A stretch of DNA of 63,912 nt, filler included, from Lenisia limosa (lineage: Eukaryota; Protista; Breviatea): NCBI GenBank assembly GCA_001655205.1. It is 9 parts of 9 records of this genome, joined end to end, with 100 filler letters (N's around TTAATTAATTAA, not from the genome) between each part and the next. Parts side by side here need not be neighbours in the genome. Positions count along the whole stretch, not along the records: positions 21,068 to 30,195 come from LPNZ01008674.1; positions 30,296 to 42,267 come from LPNZ01010055.1; 7 more parts are not named here. The stretch is one strand, 5' to 3'. Below, piece by piece: positions 25,021-38,500 of this stretch (positions within the stretch are counted from its first letter, which is position 1; every line of letters begins with the position of its first letter). Both the position numbers and the translations under genes were made by a program. A model generated the notes under the pieces. It saw only the letters and a list, made by a program, of their open reading frames with translations, did not search any database and was not told where the DNA came from.

Positions 25021-25477
25021 GTTCTCTTATGTCCGCATGGCGTTTGGAGATATATTTAATGTGCTTCTCATGCACTTGCATAGCTTTTAACTTTTAAGAT
25101 AATTACAAAGTTAACCTAGTTGTATGAGGCTTTCTGAGGTTCTGTGTTGGTTTTAGTTTTTGTTGTGGCAGTGTTGCAGTAGTGTTGTGGGTTTTGCGGC
25201 AGCTTGGTGGCAGCTTGGTGGGGCAGTTTTTTGGTTTTTTGAAAACTTGGATTTGGGGAGAGTCATTGAAGCATTAAAGCGGTTAATGGAGGTAGTCTGG
25301 TAACAGTTCCATGATACACACTCGAAAATCAAGTACTTATATTCATCCCCATGTTTCTATTAAAAATGAAAACCCACAGAAACTCAACAACTCAACTATA
25401 CTTGACGACTCTTATTATTTTACATATTATTTATTATTTAAGTACAAAGAACAAAGAAACAGGAGGAGGGAGCGCTT

Positions 25478-27118
25478 ATGTCGGTGGAATCCAACGTAAA
25501 AGCAGTATTTGACAAGTGGGTGCTTCGCCCTCTCCCACCCTTGCCTTTGATTGTGCCCTGTAGTAGTTTTATGATCTGCTAAGCCATATAGTTACCACTT
25601 TATTTGCGTGCCCCCATCATTCCGATCTTGCCACTCTTCTTCCTTTTGACATTCAGTCTTGTGGCGAACTGGAACTTCCGTGGCGATGATGAAGTTGGCG
25701 ACTACCTTGACTCGTTACTTCAGTCTCCATCAGTGTTCGCAGCGGTGGCTGCCGGAATTGCTGCGGATGGTATGCATGATAATCTGTATTCATAACAATT
25801 TTACATGGCCATTATCAGAACTGGTATTTCTGTGCTTTATTGAAATTAAAGAAATGTGTTTGAATAGAAAAGGCTAAACATTCCCAGAAAACCTTAGAAT
25901 AGTGATTCCGACAACAACGCAGCCAAGCCCCGAGGGAGAGGCTTGGGTCGGCCCTTCAGACTATTTTGACGCCCTCCAGATGGATCCCGCTAATGCGGAT
26001 GCGTATTTCGAGAATCTTGGTGGGCAAATATGGCTTCTTTGCGGCTTGTTTGATGAGGGGTTGTTGTTGCTTACGGAGACACCTGCAGTTCAGGTCTCAT
26101 TCGACTCAGACATATCACACATTATATGTACTTCGTGTAAATAGGCTTTTTTGAACTGGCTTGTTTATAACAATAATTGTTGAGTTTATAACAATCAAAG
26201 AAATAAGCCTTTACAGCCTCCTTTGCAACCTATGGAATAAGCCTTTACAACCTAGGGAATAAGCTTGTTGAGAAGCTCGGTCTACAGGAGGCAGCTGCTG
26301 AAGAAGCCCATCCCCCAACAGACGTCAAATCCCTTGCTGATACTGCTCTGGTGGGGGGAGGGGTGGGGGATCCCTTGCTGATACTGCTCTGGTCATCACC
26401 CCTATCACAGCATTGACATTTTAGTTCAGCATCCTCCCGCCATCAGTCACACAGCCGCTCCCGTCACCTCCCTTATCTGACCCATTTAATGGCNNNNNNN
26501 NNNNNNNNNNNNNNNNNNNNNNNNNNNNNNNNNNNNNNNNNNNNNNNNNNNNNNNNNNNNNNNNNNNNNNNNNNNNNNNNNNNNNNNNNNNNNNNNNNNN
26601 NNNNNNNNNNNNNNNNNNNNNNNNNNNNNNNNNNNNNNNNNNNNNNNNNNNNNNNNNNNNNNNNNNNNNNNNNNNNNNNNNNNNNNNNNNNNNNNNNNNN
26701 NNNNNNNNNNNNNGATGTGAAACTGCGCGGGGGTTAACTTGTGTGTTAACTACATGTAGCTATATCGTTTTTTACATACACTTGCAAACAACATTCATTT
26801 TTATGATCTTTATGCAGCAATGGTGTATGACTGCAAACTTAAAATCCAAGCTTTTTATCTTATTTGTTTTCTCAGATTTCTTTTGTTTTCTCTACAAATG
26901 TACAATGGTCCAAACTGAGGACGGAACAGCACAATGTATCCAGTTTTGCAACATTAATGGTTCTCATTTAGTAGGAAAAGAACTCGACGGAGGGAGTACT
27001 ACCCGCTCCTCGCCCTCCCAGCCACAAGCTACCACGTGATGATGTCATGACAACAGGGCCGGCGGAAAAGATCGCTATTGGAAAGCAAGGCTTCACCGTC
27101 AAGTTGGTGTTCATTTGA
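25478..27118 (+). CDS. Multi-exon hypothetical protein
   Basis: MSVESNVKAVFD / NLVANWNFRGDDEVGDYLDSLL.. / VIPTTTQPSPEGEAWVGP.. / ..KIAIGKQGFTVKLVFI*, with GT-AG junctions in phase. Confidence 0.6.
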
Positions 27119-27321
27119 GTGGTCCTTTTGACTTTTTAGTGACATAAATGGGGAAGAAGCGAAAACTGGTGAGCTTGATTATACTTAGGGCTTCACTCTG
27201 GTTCGAAAAAACTCGGGAAAATATCGATAGTTTTCGAGGATTTATCGAGACATTCAGTCTTTGTTTGAACCGAAGTGAAGCCCTGATTATACTGACGGTT
27301 TGTTCTTGATTTCACCATTGA

Positions 27322-28150
27322 TCATCCTTTTCCAAAAGCCGATATCCTATACCAGAGCACTTTGACCCTCTTCTGATACTCAGCCACACTCATCCTCGCT
27401 CCGTATTTGATCTTTGATCCACTGATCTCTACTGCGGTGGCGCTGGCAGCCCGTGGCAGCACCGACGGGCTTGATAGGCTGGTCCCCCGGGCCGTGGAGT
27501 CTGAAGGCACTCTGCTGTCCGCCTTAGGTATTGCGGCTGATCGCTGGGTAAATTTGCCATATACTATAGTCAGTATCTCCTAAAAGCGTGAAGGCCAAGC
27601 TATTTTTATTGCCCATGCAACTGATTCAGGCAATTTTATATTTTTGAAATCAAGAAAATACGCCTCATAATATCATAGTATTTTGAACGGTGTTGCCCTG
27701 ATAATTCTTATTTCTGCACGTTTTCACTCCCCAGGAGCCCCGCAGTATCGACTGCCTCCTGTCACTCCCACCAGTCCTGTTGAATCCGGGATGGACGGCC
27801 TCGATATCGACACCGATGACCCTTATGTTGATGGTAGGGGACTTATTACCTCCTTTTACTCTGAAAGGAATTTGTCCTTTTGGACACAACCCCAAGGACG
27901 TAATACCATAGTGAGAAATATCGTACTATCTTAAACCTTGAGGCTTTAAACTAATTCAACAAGCCCTCTATTTTTCTCCTTTCTTACATCATATCATATA
28001 TTATATCACATGTAAGCCAAAATCGATAGCGCTGAGTATTAGCACATGTTCCTTGAAGCATTTTTGACTTTATAGGACCGCTGGCAACCTTCCGTGAAAT
28101 TCTGAATATTGTTTCTGGTAGGACAGGAAAGTGGAATTCTGAGTATTCTG
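27322..28150 (-). CDS. Hypothetical protein, 3' exons
   Basis: Terminal exon ..GARMSVAEYQKRVKVLWYRISAFGKG*. The upstream exons are ambiguous. Confidence 0.35.
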
Positions 28151-28511
28151 AAAATCAGAATTAGAGTGTTAAATATGTAGATATACTCGTAAGATACATA
28201 TAATAGTTGATGATATAATATATTTGATACAGATATGATGCAATAATATAATATCATCTGCTTGATCATCGTCAGTTGATAGTAGAGGCATTGACATTCT
28301 CTTTTCGTTTTTATAACGCTTTTTATCCTTTTTGGATACTTTTTTGTGAATGTTTTGACATGATTTGTGTCGCTTTCAGACTCCTTGTTCCCTCATTTCA
28401 TCGGCCCACTGCTAGCCTTTTACTTTATTCACTATATCCAAATCAGGTGACGAGATTCCCTTTTGGGTGGCGTCAGAGGGCGGATGGACTGTTTTGAAGG
28501 CCGCCGCAGCA

Positions 28512-30002
28512 ATGGGACAAACAAAAGTTGGCCCAAAAAATGCGGTGTTTGTATTACGTTATATTATGAATCCGCCTACATATCTCCTCCTATAGCATGA
28601 TGGTGTGAAAGGCTTGGGTCAGACACAACTAATTTTTATTTCTCGTCTCTTCTCTACAAATCCAAAGGCATTTGCCGTATCTGATTCCCCAGACGATCCT
28701 ATGGCTCTCTAAGGGAATGGCGGCTGTCAACGCAGACCCCGTTTGGACAGAGATTCCGGACATGGACGGATGGACAGCTCTGCATTGGGCCGCCTGGGGT
28801 GGACATCTTGATGCGTGCCGGGCGCTCATCAAGGCCGGTGCTTCAGTTAATACGGCCAATGTAGCTGGCGAGACCCCCCTCTACGTTGCCGCCAGGGTGG
28901 GGGGTGTTAAAGCAAAACACTCTTTATTTATATCATATGATATGTTAACTCAATTGTTGAGCTATTTTTCTTTACCTACAGTTAATTTCACCCCCCCCCT
29001 CCCCGTTCGCTTTTGTTAGGTCAATATTCTTTTTTTAAAAAAAATCTTCATTGCCCTCCCCCCAGTTCGGTCATGCTCGGGTGGTGAAGAAGCTATGTGC
29101 CAAAGACGGTAACAGTGAAGCCCCTAGGAACGACGGCCGAGTTCCGCTGCATGCCGCCGCAGAATTTGGTACAGGGCTGTGCTGTTTATTGTACCAGGGT
29201 CGTGCTTTTTACCAAGAATGTAAAAAATCAATTTAAATAGCATACTTTATTCCTATGTTCAATATTGATTCATGGGGGTCCTTTCACACTCAGGCCGGGA
29301 TTCTGTGGTACAGGCCCTCCTAGATCTCGAGGTGGACCCTTGTCCCGAGGCAGATGATGGAATGTCTCCTTTAATCCTTGCGGCCGCGGGTGGACATTTG
29401 CACTGCTGGTGGGGGGGGGGGNNNNNNNNNNNNNNNNNNNNNNNNNNNNNNNNNNNNNNNNNNNNNNNNNNNNNNNNNNNNNNNNNNNNNNNNNNNNNNN
29501 NNNNNNNNNNNNNNNNNNNNNNNNNNNNNNNNNNNNNNNNNNNNNNNNNNNNNNNNNNNNNNNNNNNNNNNNNNNNNNNNNNNNNNNNNNNNNNNNNNNN
29601 NNNNNNNNNNNNNNNNNNNNNNNNNNNNNNNNNNNNNNNNNNNNNNNNNGGATCACAATAACTGGACTGCTCTGCATCACGCGGCCGCTTTCAGCTCCCC
29701 CGCTCACACCGCTGTTGGAGGGAAGGTGTTTCTTGATAGTATGTGCTACCCTCGATACTCAACCATACTTGGGGGCATCTATCTGTGGACCTATTTGTGC
29801 CAAACTTTTGAATACATCTGACCCAGCAAATGGCATTTTATCGCTTGTCCGTTTTTGGCAATCCATCCCTTATCCGTATTTCATATCCGTTTTTGGCAAT
29901 CCATAATTATTTGGCAACCCATTCGTATTTTCACAGCAAAGGTTGTTGGATTCCTCCTCGAAGTTGCGCCTCACCTCGCTTGCAAGCCTGATATCAATGA
30001 TG
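28512..30002 (+). CDS. Ankyrin repeat protein, multi-exon, partly in gaps
   Basis: GWTALHWAAWGGHLDACRALIKAGASVN, GETPLYVAAR, GRVPLHAAAEFG, GMSPLILAAAGGH and NWTALHHAA. The start codon is uncertain. Confidence 0.85.
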
Positions 30003-32249
30003 GTGGGGCTTGGAGAGGAATATCAAAATGAAGATGATTCAATTATCTGTTTCTTTGTGATCACTTGGTTATTTCCATAAACGAACCATTTTGGATACAT
30101 ACAGAAATTCATACAAACACCTCATTCTCCTCACGTTGTTTCTCGAAATGACCCCCCAAGCCCCCCTCCCAGAGAATCGACTGGCTTGTTATTTGNNNNN
30201 NNNNNNNNNNNNNNNNNNNNNNNNNNNNNNNNNNNNNNNTTAATTAATTAANNNNNNNNNNNNNNNNNNNNNNNNNNNNNNNNNNNNNNNNNNNNTCGCG
30301 CCATCTCTGCAATGATGAGAACATCCGTTACTCCTCGACTGATCGATCACGCTGAAGACCTTTTGTGTCGATTTTATATTAGAAATTGGGGTTTATGAGC
30401 ATTCCTTTCTGCCATTTTCTTCTCTGTGTCTGAACAACGCAAAATATACTATTTTTTAAAACAAATGGGCACAATGAGCCAAAATATGTCAAATATCCTA
30501 TTCCCGCGGGTAAAAAAAAGAAAAATCTCATATGTTTTCATCATATGCATCATATATTAGACATTTAGATGACGTGTCACCCCATATCCCATCTACCCCA
30601 CCCCCTATATCCCTTTGTCCCATAAATGATGTTTTATGCTTCTACTAGTTCAATAAGAGCGACAAAATATGATTTTCGCAAATCAAAAAAAAAAGGACCC
30701 CAAAACGATCAATATGACTTACTCATGTTCCCGAGGAATATGATAGCTCATATCCCCTCGGGAACATAACATACTACATATATTCATCTGATATATATGA
30801 TATGATATATGATATGTATATCATATGTATCAAATGTAATACATGTATAATTAATGCCTGACAAAATTAGGCTTTTATTATTATATCCTACAAGTCGTGG
30901 GTGAAAACCTAAAAACGAGGAATATCAGCTGAAAATGATGTTTTTATTTAAAAAAAATGGTGGGAAAAGATGATACTGTTGATATCTGACCTATTTGACA
31001 TGTGACACCTTCCTGGAGTAAATTATAACATATCGGAGATGGTTGACACCTTTTTCTGGGGTTTCTCCAGCTGAGAACTTCGTACTCTTTCTCTGTTGAA
31101 AACCCCTCACAATATTGATGCATTTCTCTATTTTTGTGACATTTACATATTAAGAGCAGCAAAATTCAGATTCAGTTTTACCTTCTGCTGCTTCATGTTT
31201 CAGGCTAATTCATCGAGCAAAATCGTGTTTTCTTCTTCTTGTTATTGTACACAAATCTTCCAACTTCCTTTTATGTGATACTGTGGTAAGGTGGCACGTA
31301 ACTGTGTGTGAAGAGGACAGATATGCTGGCTTATCTGGCCGGATCTCGGAGATCCGGACCAAAGCCCCCAGAGAGCCCTATTAATACAGTTGTTGGAGAT
31401 ATGAACACAGTAGGTGGCACAAATGCATGAGCTTTTTTTTTGTTTTGATAAGATTGTTCTTTAGTTTGTGGGGGTCATTTTCGTAAGTAATAAGGAGGAA
31501 TTGGGACATTGACAAACGAGGTTGTTTGCCCAATATTTGTTGTTCCATATTTTAAATAAAAGCTATGTAACCACACTTTTGCAGCTAAATCGTGTTTTGT
31601 TCAATCTTGGTCTTCCAAAAGTAGAAGATTTGCTGCTGTTATTTGTCGAAGATTTTGTCTATAATCTTCAGTAAAAACTAATAAATACTAGTAGCCCAAA
31701 ATCTTTAGTCCAATATCCTCAAACCAATATATACTAACAGAAAGATAAAATCAAACGAAATCATTTGTCATCATTATGAACTTACCTTACTGTTACCGAA
31801 TCCCTTTCATTGTATATTGAATATCCACGGTAAAATGACCATAAAGGGGGATATCTAAAAGAGTTAATCAAAATACAGCATAGTAGTACCGTTTTGCTTC
31901 TGCGTAGTGATTAGATTCACCTAAAACAAAATAAGAAGAAACTACAACAGCAATAATAATTTAAAAACAAAGAGTCTAAAAATAAAACTCCGTGAAAAGG
32001 GGTGAACTGAACTTCCGAAAATTCCGAATAATTTTTTTTATTTTATAATTTTGCAAATTTTTACTTTCTGCTAGTTAGAATAGTAAAATATTGGATTCTT
32101 GCGCCATTTATTCAAAAGTGACGGGATATCCCAAAAACAACGGGGTTTTGGCGCACGAGCATATGATAATATTTTGATGTATGATAGAGATACAAAAACA
32201 AAGAACCAGAATAATCAATCTGTGAATTAATTAGTACCCCTCCCTAACC

Positions 32250-32755
32250 TTGGTAAATCTCAGTCTGAACCGCAATTTCGCAGCAAGGCAAGCAAATCTA
32301 CCCTTCAGGACGCCAAAAGAACGCTCAATCATCACTCGTGATGCAGATTGCCAGTTGAAATACAACCCTACCAGAGGCAGCGCCTTGGAACGGAGGCACC
32401 ATGTATGTTTGGCAGGAGTAAATGGCATCGCCAAACACAAAAGTACCAGATGGCAACTCTTTCAGTCGATGACTTTAACATAAGACGCTAAAAAACCCTT
32501 TGACAATACCCACATCAACGAGGTTGACGACAGCATCCTGATTTGTAGCGCCAGTAAAACCAACAGCAACATTAATGAACTGCAAGTTGAAAGTACAGCA
32601 AGCTTGCACATTCTGAGAATGGAAGCCTTTCCGGTTCACGTATCTTTCTGGGTACTCATGGTGATGTGGAGTTGCAATGGGTACATGGGTACCATCAACA
32701 GCAGCAAAAACGTTGCCTATGATAGTTAATACAGCAATACTCCTCTTCAACACTG
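32250..32755 (-). mobile_element. PIF/Harbinger DDE transposase remnant (internally deleted)
   Basis: AAVDGTHVPI...YVNRKGFHSQNVQACC and RVMIERSFGVLKGRF are DDE_Tnp_4/HARBI1 motifs. The middle of the catalytic region is missing. Confidence 0.85.
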
Positions 32756-33399
32756 GGTCCGTATCTCTCTACGCCCATAAAAACTAAATGTTCATAATAA
32801 TGTTATCAAACCTCATGAAATACATCGATCACATGTCCTGATGCATATCCCAAAATGTGGGCAAGTGCCGCCATGGTAACTACAGGCTGTCTAATGCTAG
32901 GGGGATGAACTATACACGCAATGCACAACCACTGTTCCTACTAAACCTTTTCTTCTTTCAGTATTTCAAGCTGTTAAATTTTTAAAGGAGTAGCAGTCCT
33001 ATAACCACCCCAATGAAAAACTCCTGGGTGCTCAAATATAGCTAAAATGCTTTTGGACAAATTTATGATTTAAAATTTTAGCTAATTTACGTAAAACCAC
33101 GCTGTATATACAAAATTTCATAATTTATAAGGGAAAGGGCCACATTTATAAGAGAAAAAAAAGCCATATTTTTTTGAAAAAGTCATAAATTTAAATGACA
33201 TTTGCCATATTCTGGCGTCATATGCGTCATATTTTTGACACTCAGACGTGTCACAAAAGTTGACTTTCTTTCCCCCTCCCTTATTACCCCCCTGTCCCCC
33301 TTGCCCTGTTTGAGGATCATGATGATATTTGTTTGAAAATATGGTCGTTGTGGAAAAATATGATGAATATCCCGAAAAATATGACATTTCCAATGTTTG

Positions 33400-34110
33400 G
33401 AAGCGAAAAGAAGGACGGTCTTAATCCTGCTGCGATTCATGCCATTGGTAGCGCTCCTGCTGTATTGAGAAAGCAGACCCAGGGTATGCGTTGAATGGTT
33501 AAATGTCTGATTCACTACTATCCAAGAACTACACGTGGAAATGGGCGTGGAAGAGGTCGTGAAAGAGGCCATGGCCGCCATGAAAGAGTTCCAGGAATGG
33601 CCGAAATTCAAAAAGGTGTGTGTGTGTCTTATATTTTCACCCTTACGAACTTAGAAAACATAGAAGCAAATTCCAGCAGCTCTGACAGCGATGAAAATAT
33701 TCTTGAAACAGCTCTCTGTGGATTATTTTATTCTTTATAACTGCTTAGTTGATGTCGAAATGCACGTGCTACACGCGGCGCTCGAGGAAGAAGAAGAGGC
33801 CGTGGAAGAGAACGTGGAAGAGGAAGAGGAAGAGGAGAAGCAGCTCGTAATCCCGACTTTGACATTTTTAGTATGAAAAACTTTTGATGTGTTATCTCTT
33901 CAGCACATGTGTTCTCAAGCGATGAAGAAACAGAAGAAAAGGGGGCTGAAGAAGCTATCATTGCAATTGAATCCGATTCCGATAAAGATGGTAGTTTACC
34001 ATTTTCTGCATCACAGTTTTAGACCTTGATGACTCCGACTCTAGTGAATCTGATTCCAGTGAAGGCCCAACCATTGCACTCCCAACTGCCCCAGTTATCA
34101 GTATGTAAAT
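33400..34110 (+). CDS. Acidic, multi-exon hypothetical protein
   Basis: Exons with GT donors: SEKKDGLNPAAIHAIGS.. / ..EEVVKEAMAAMKEFQEWPKFKK / ..EEEEEAVEENVEEEEEEEKQL / DLDDSDSSESDSS.. Confidence 0.45.
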
Positions 34111-35599
34111 ATGAGCAAGTCTGTTTATCCCATGTAGAGCACAAGAGAAACACTTGTACTGCTCTTCTTCGCCAAGATTGAAACGTGTTTATCACCATGT
34201 TGTCTTGATATTTGTTAGGATGAATGAAGGAAAATATAATTATAATTATGATTATAATCTTGAGGTTGGGGTTGTTTCAAGTGAAATTTGATTGCGTTTG
34301 CAATTTAATTCTGAAAATTTGACATTTGAGTGCTACAAAGAATTAACAAAATGAGAAATAGAAAAACCTTAAAAAGAAGAAAGAAGAAAAAAACCGGATC
34401 TTGCAAAAAAACCCGGAATTTTGAACTGAATATGATATATAATGTACATCTTGAAAATCTGGTTAACCATCCTGCTGAAATAACTTCGGGTACAATAAAG
34501 TATTGCTGGTAGATCTATATAGTATGAATATACTCTGCATATTATATATGACAATTATACTATATGAAAATAAAAATTAGAAGCTCCATATCTCCTTTCC
34601 ACAAAATTCTTAAAAAAAAGACTGAAACTAACTGATTTGCAAAACAAAAAAAAACAACACTGAAGGCCTCTTGAAAAATCAAGAAGGCCAAATGATGCTT
34701 TATCACGCAGCTTCTTGAGATGCTGTGGCTCTTTCCTCTGCCAAATGAAATGAGAGAGTCAGCTTGGAGGGGAAAATTCTTCAAAATGGATAACCTCATA
34801 TGAGTCTGAAGAAAAGAAAACAAAACACTCGACAGACCAAATACCGTTAGCATGACTGAAACCTTACCCTGGAAGAAATGTTTCTTTCCGTCAATAATTG
34901 ATTGATATTGACTTGAATATTTATTTAGCTTTAATGACCATTAAAAATAACATTATTTCGCCAAAATTCCTTTTCTTTCTGCAAAAAATTAATCAGAACA
35001 AACTTGCCAACTGTGAGCAAAAGTGAGAAAAGAAAAACTATACCAGAGAATGATACGGATAAATATTCACTTTATCCTCAGCTTCAATGAAAAGCAATCC
35101 AACAGAAGTGGAAAAATGAGTTATTGCCAATGATAAAAGAGACAGTCCTGAATGTTTAGCGAAGAAAAACTCCTAACCAAGTGTCCAAGACAAAGAACAC
35201 AAGCAAGGAAGCGTCAAAACCTTGCCAACAAGTGTAGGCAACAAACATGCTTCCACTTCAAGTCGTCCCTAAGGAATATAAAAAAAACATAAGGTTATTG
35301 GTTCAATATTTGTTGTTCCGTATCTTGAAAAGTGATGCTAACCATAATTTTGCAGTAAAATCGCGTTTTTGTTTTCCCCTCCTTTTGTTGATATAATGAA
35401 ATTTGTAAAACCTAGTTTAATACAAGAGAGCTACGATGAACGTTTTATTTGTGTCTCTTCATCTGGAGGTGTTAGTTCCATTTGACCAATTTGCTTTTGA
35501 TTCTTTGCTTTTTGAAATAGAATTAAGATGCCCTTTTTTGATTTTGGAAAAAAATAACAAAAGTGTGGTAAGTAATTAAAATGAGCCTTCGGGATAATC

Positions 35600-38500
35600 C
35601 CGCAGGGTAGTTTTCGTATAAAACAGCCCTGACATTGAAATTCAAAAAATGGTGAAAATTTCCTTACAATATATCGACGATGACAAGGTGTTGGTTTTGC
35701 GTAGTCACGTAAGTCCTCTCGATAGAGTTCTTAAAGCAGGCCACTAAACCAGAATGAAACCTTGGAGTGTAAGGATTTTTTCATGCATTTGCGGCTTGGA
35801 GGGTGAAGAGAAGAGGCAGGATACAAGAGAAGAGCATGAAAACAAGGACGGTACATTACTCCAGAAGTGATGAAACCCTACACAATCACATCCAACACTT
35901 TAGACAATATCCAATTCAAGACTAGCTTTTCAAGACAAACCTTGTTGTCTGAGGTAGGTGGTAATTCCTCGAAATTGGCATCCTCTAGCATATTAGAACA
36001 GATACATGACGATAATCACAAACATCACTAAGGTTGGCTCTGCGAAAACCAGATTACTCAACTCATCTTATATGACCCAGGGTGGAGACTTTGACCACTA
36101 CCTTCATGGTGATTTCAGGAACTTCTCCTCAAACCCATCTAAGTATTGTAACATGCAGTCAAAGCTGTTGTTAAACATTAGAAGCAAAGAGGAAGAAAGA
36201 GGACCCTTCCAACTGTTGAACTCCTTTTGAGATCCATGTTGCATTTATTTATCCCTGAGAAAAAAAATCGGTGATCCTTAGGATGANNNNNNNNNNNNNN
36301 NNNNNNNNNNNNATTCATCAAGAGGCTTGTCACCCCGTCAGGACACTTTAATCCAGATTTTCACTGAGATCTCAAAAACTAGTTCACTTTATACTGCTTC
36401 CCCCCTTTTCCTACCCTTAATTATCACTATTTCCTTCTTCTACCCAAGCTTAGCAGTGATTTAGAAAGAAAAAAGAAAAAAATTGTTACCTAAAACTGTC
36501 CACCCCAGGCCATAAATCTTATAAACTAGGCTACAACAATTAATTGGACTCCCGCCTAATAGATCTAACTTAGTCCCCTACAAAGAATTTTGAGATTTTG
36601 AATATTTTTGACCATGGATTTGGTACTTCAAGCATTGACAAATTACGCAGTTTGAACTTGAAAAACCTTGTTCCACGGTGACTAACAAGGACTTGTGCTT
36701 TCCAACAGTAGCGGCCAAGATCGTGGTTCTGGAGCGTCCATTTTGTTGGTTATATTTCCAACAACCATCTTTATAAAATCGACACAAAAAAAAACGTGCA
36801 AAAACACTTCAATTCATTCAAAAACCTCATTTGATGATGCTCCCCAAAAGAAGACAGCTTTAGCGTGATCAATCAGTTGAGGAGAAAATTGAGAGCAACT
36901 GAACTCTCTGAATATTAAGGCTGAGAGCAGGGGATTTCAACCAACCAAAAAGAAGATCAATAGAAAAGAATGAATCATCTTGAACTGTCTTCTAAAACGA
37001 TTTCCACTCTAAAAAGGTCAAAAAGAAGGGACATTAAGAGGAAGCACACCTTCGACAGATCAGGAAGAAACTGAGCACCCCAAAACTTCTTGAAAACTGA
37101 TATTTCTTTGATAAGAAAGCTTAATAAGCGTCTAAGAAGCAGTCTTCGACTGCAAGTTTCCAGACATTCAGCAGTAAGAGAAGAAATCCTTCGTTTTGAC
37201 AAGTAAAGAACCTATGACAGTCAATCAGCATAAATACACTAAAACATTCTTGTAAACAAGATCTTGCTCCAAAAAACGCCAGTTCTTCAATTCAAGGCAG
37301 CAAGAGGATCCAATGAGGAAAACCATCGTTTAACTTTAGAAAGCAGAAAAAAGGGGGGGGGGGAACAATACTGCATCACTTTAAGTAGGAACAAAACCTG
37401 ACTTCACCTTTTAGAAAGAACAGAAAAGAAACACTTTTTAATTGAGCAAAATGCTTCACTTTTATAAGGTCCCCTTTACTATGGAAACTGAAACATCATA
37501 TTGGACATCTTCGTGGCTCTGCTTCACTGAATTTTGTGGTAAGAAATGTTTTGTATGACGAATTTCATCCTTTTTGCTCAAAATATGACATTTTTCATAT
37601 TTCATCGTGAATATGATAGCATATCCACTTGACGAATTGTGCACTTTAATTTTCTTTCACCCTTCACAGCAAAGGGAACTACAGTAAAGAAATACCCTAA
37701 AGACAACGTTTTCATGTTTCGTCCACTGTCTTTTTGGATGTTTAGCGGCCAAGAATTACAAAATTTTGGCTACATCCAATCTGGACGCTTAGCGGCTGAC
37801 TTTTTTTGGCCGTTCACCAGCCAGCATTTTTTTTCTTAGAGATTCAGTTTGGGAGTTGGAGTTGGAGTTCCACTTGACCCCCCACGGCCGCCACACCCTC
37901 CCTCACCCTGCTTTGAAACCTGAAGAACAGAGGAAATTAATTTAAACCAACACAATTCCCAAGACAAAATCCTCTCCACCTCCTCTACCGTCAGAATAGC
38001 AGACGTTTTAGAGAACCGGTCATGGATGGTATCTCAAAACCAAAAGTTCTCTAAGGCATACTATTGTAGATAGACTTGCTGGAAAAGATTTTACATACAA
38101 GAACAAATCACAATACCATTTCGACTGGCCACGAAACACGAATAATTGGAGGCTAAAGCCACAAGAGTGTCTGAAACATTCTCGACCTCTATCTTCTGCT
38201 TTGTTGACACCACAACCGTTCCGAGATGTGATGAAACTCTCAAGAGAAGCACTGACATTGATATGCAGTTCCTGATCAACTAAATGGTAGTAGGTGTCGT
38301 TAACTTCAATATGTATGTTGTTCGACATTATTATTATATAAATCTATTGTTGTTATTGATTGGTTATTCAATTAAAAAGTTAAAACTGGGTTAAAACCAG
38401 GAATAAGCATATGGAGAATTACGGTGCTGATGTTTGTGGCCGCTGAGTGTCTCCATTCGGTTGGCCGCTAAATTTTTATGGCCGTTAGCGACCACGACCA

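Noticed and set aside
33183-33611. Minus-strand ORF as the 5' half of the Harbinger transposase
   Set aside because: It has no transposase motifs, and the plus strand gives better exons with canonical donors.
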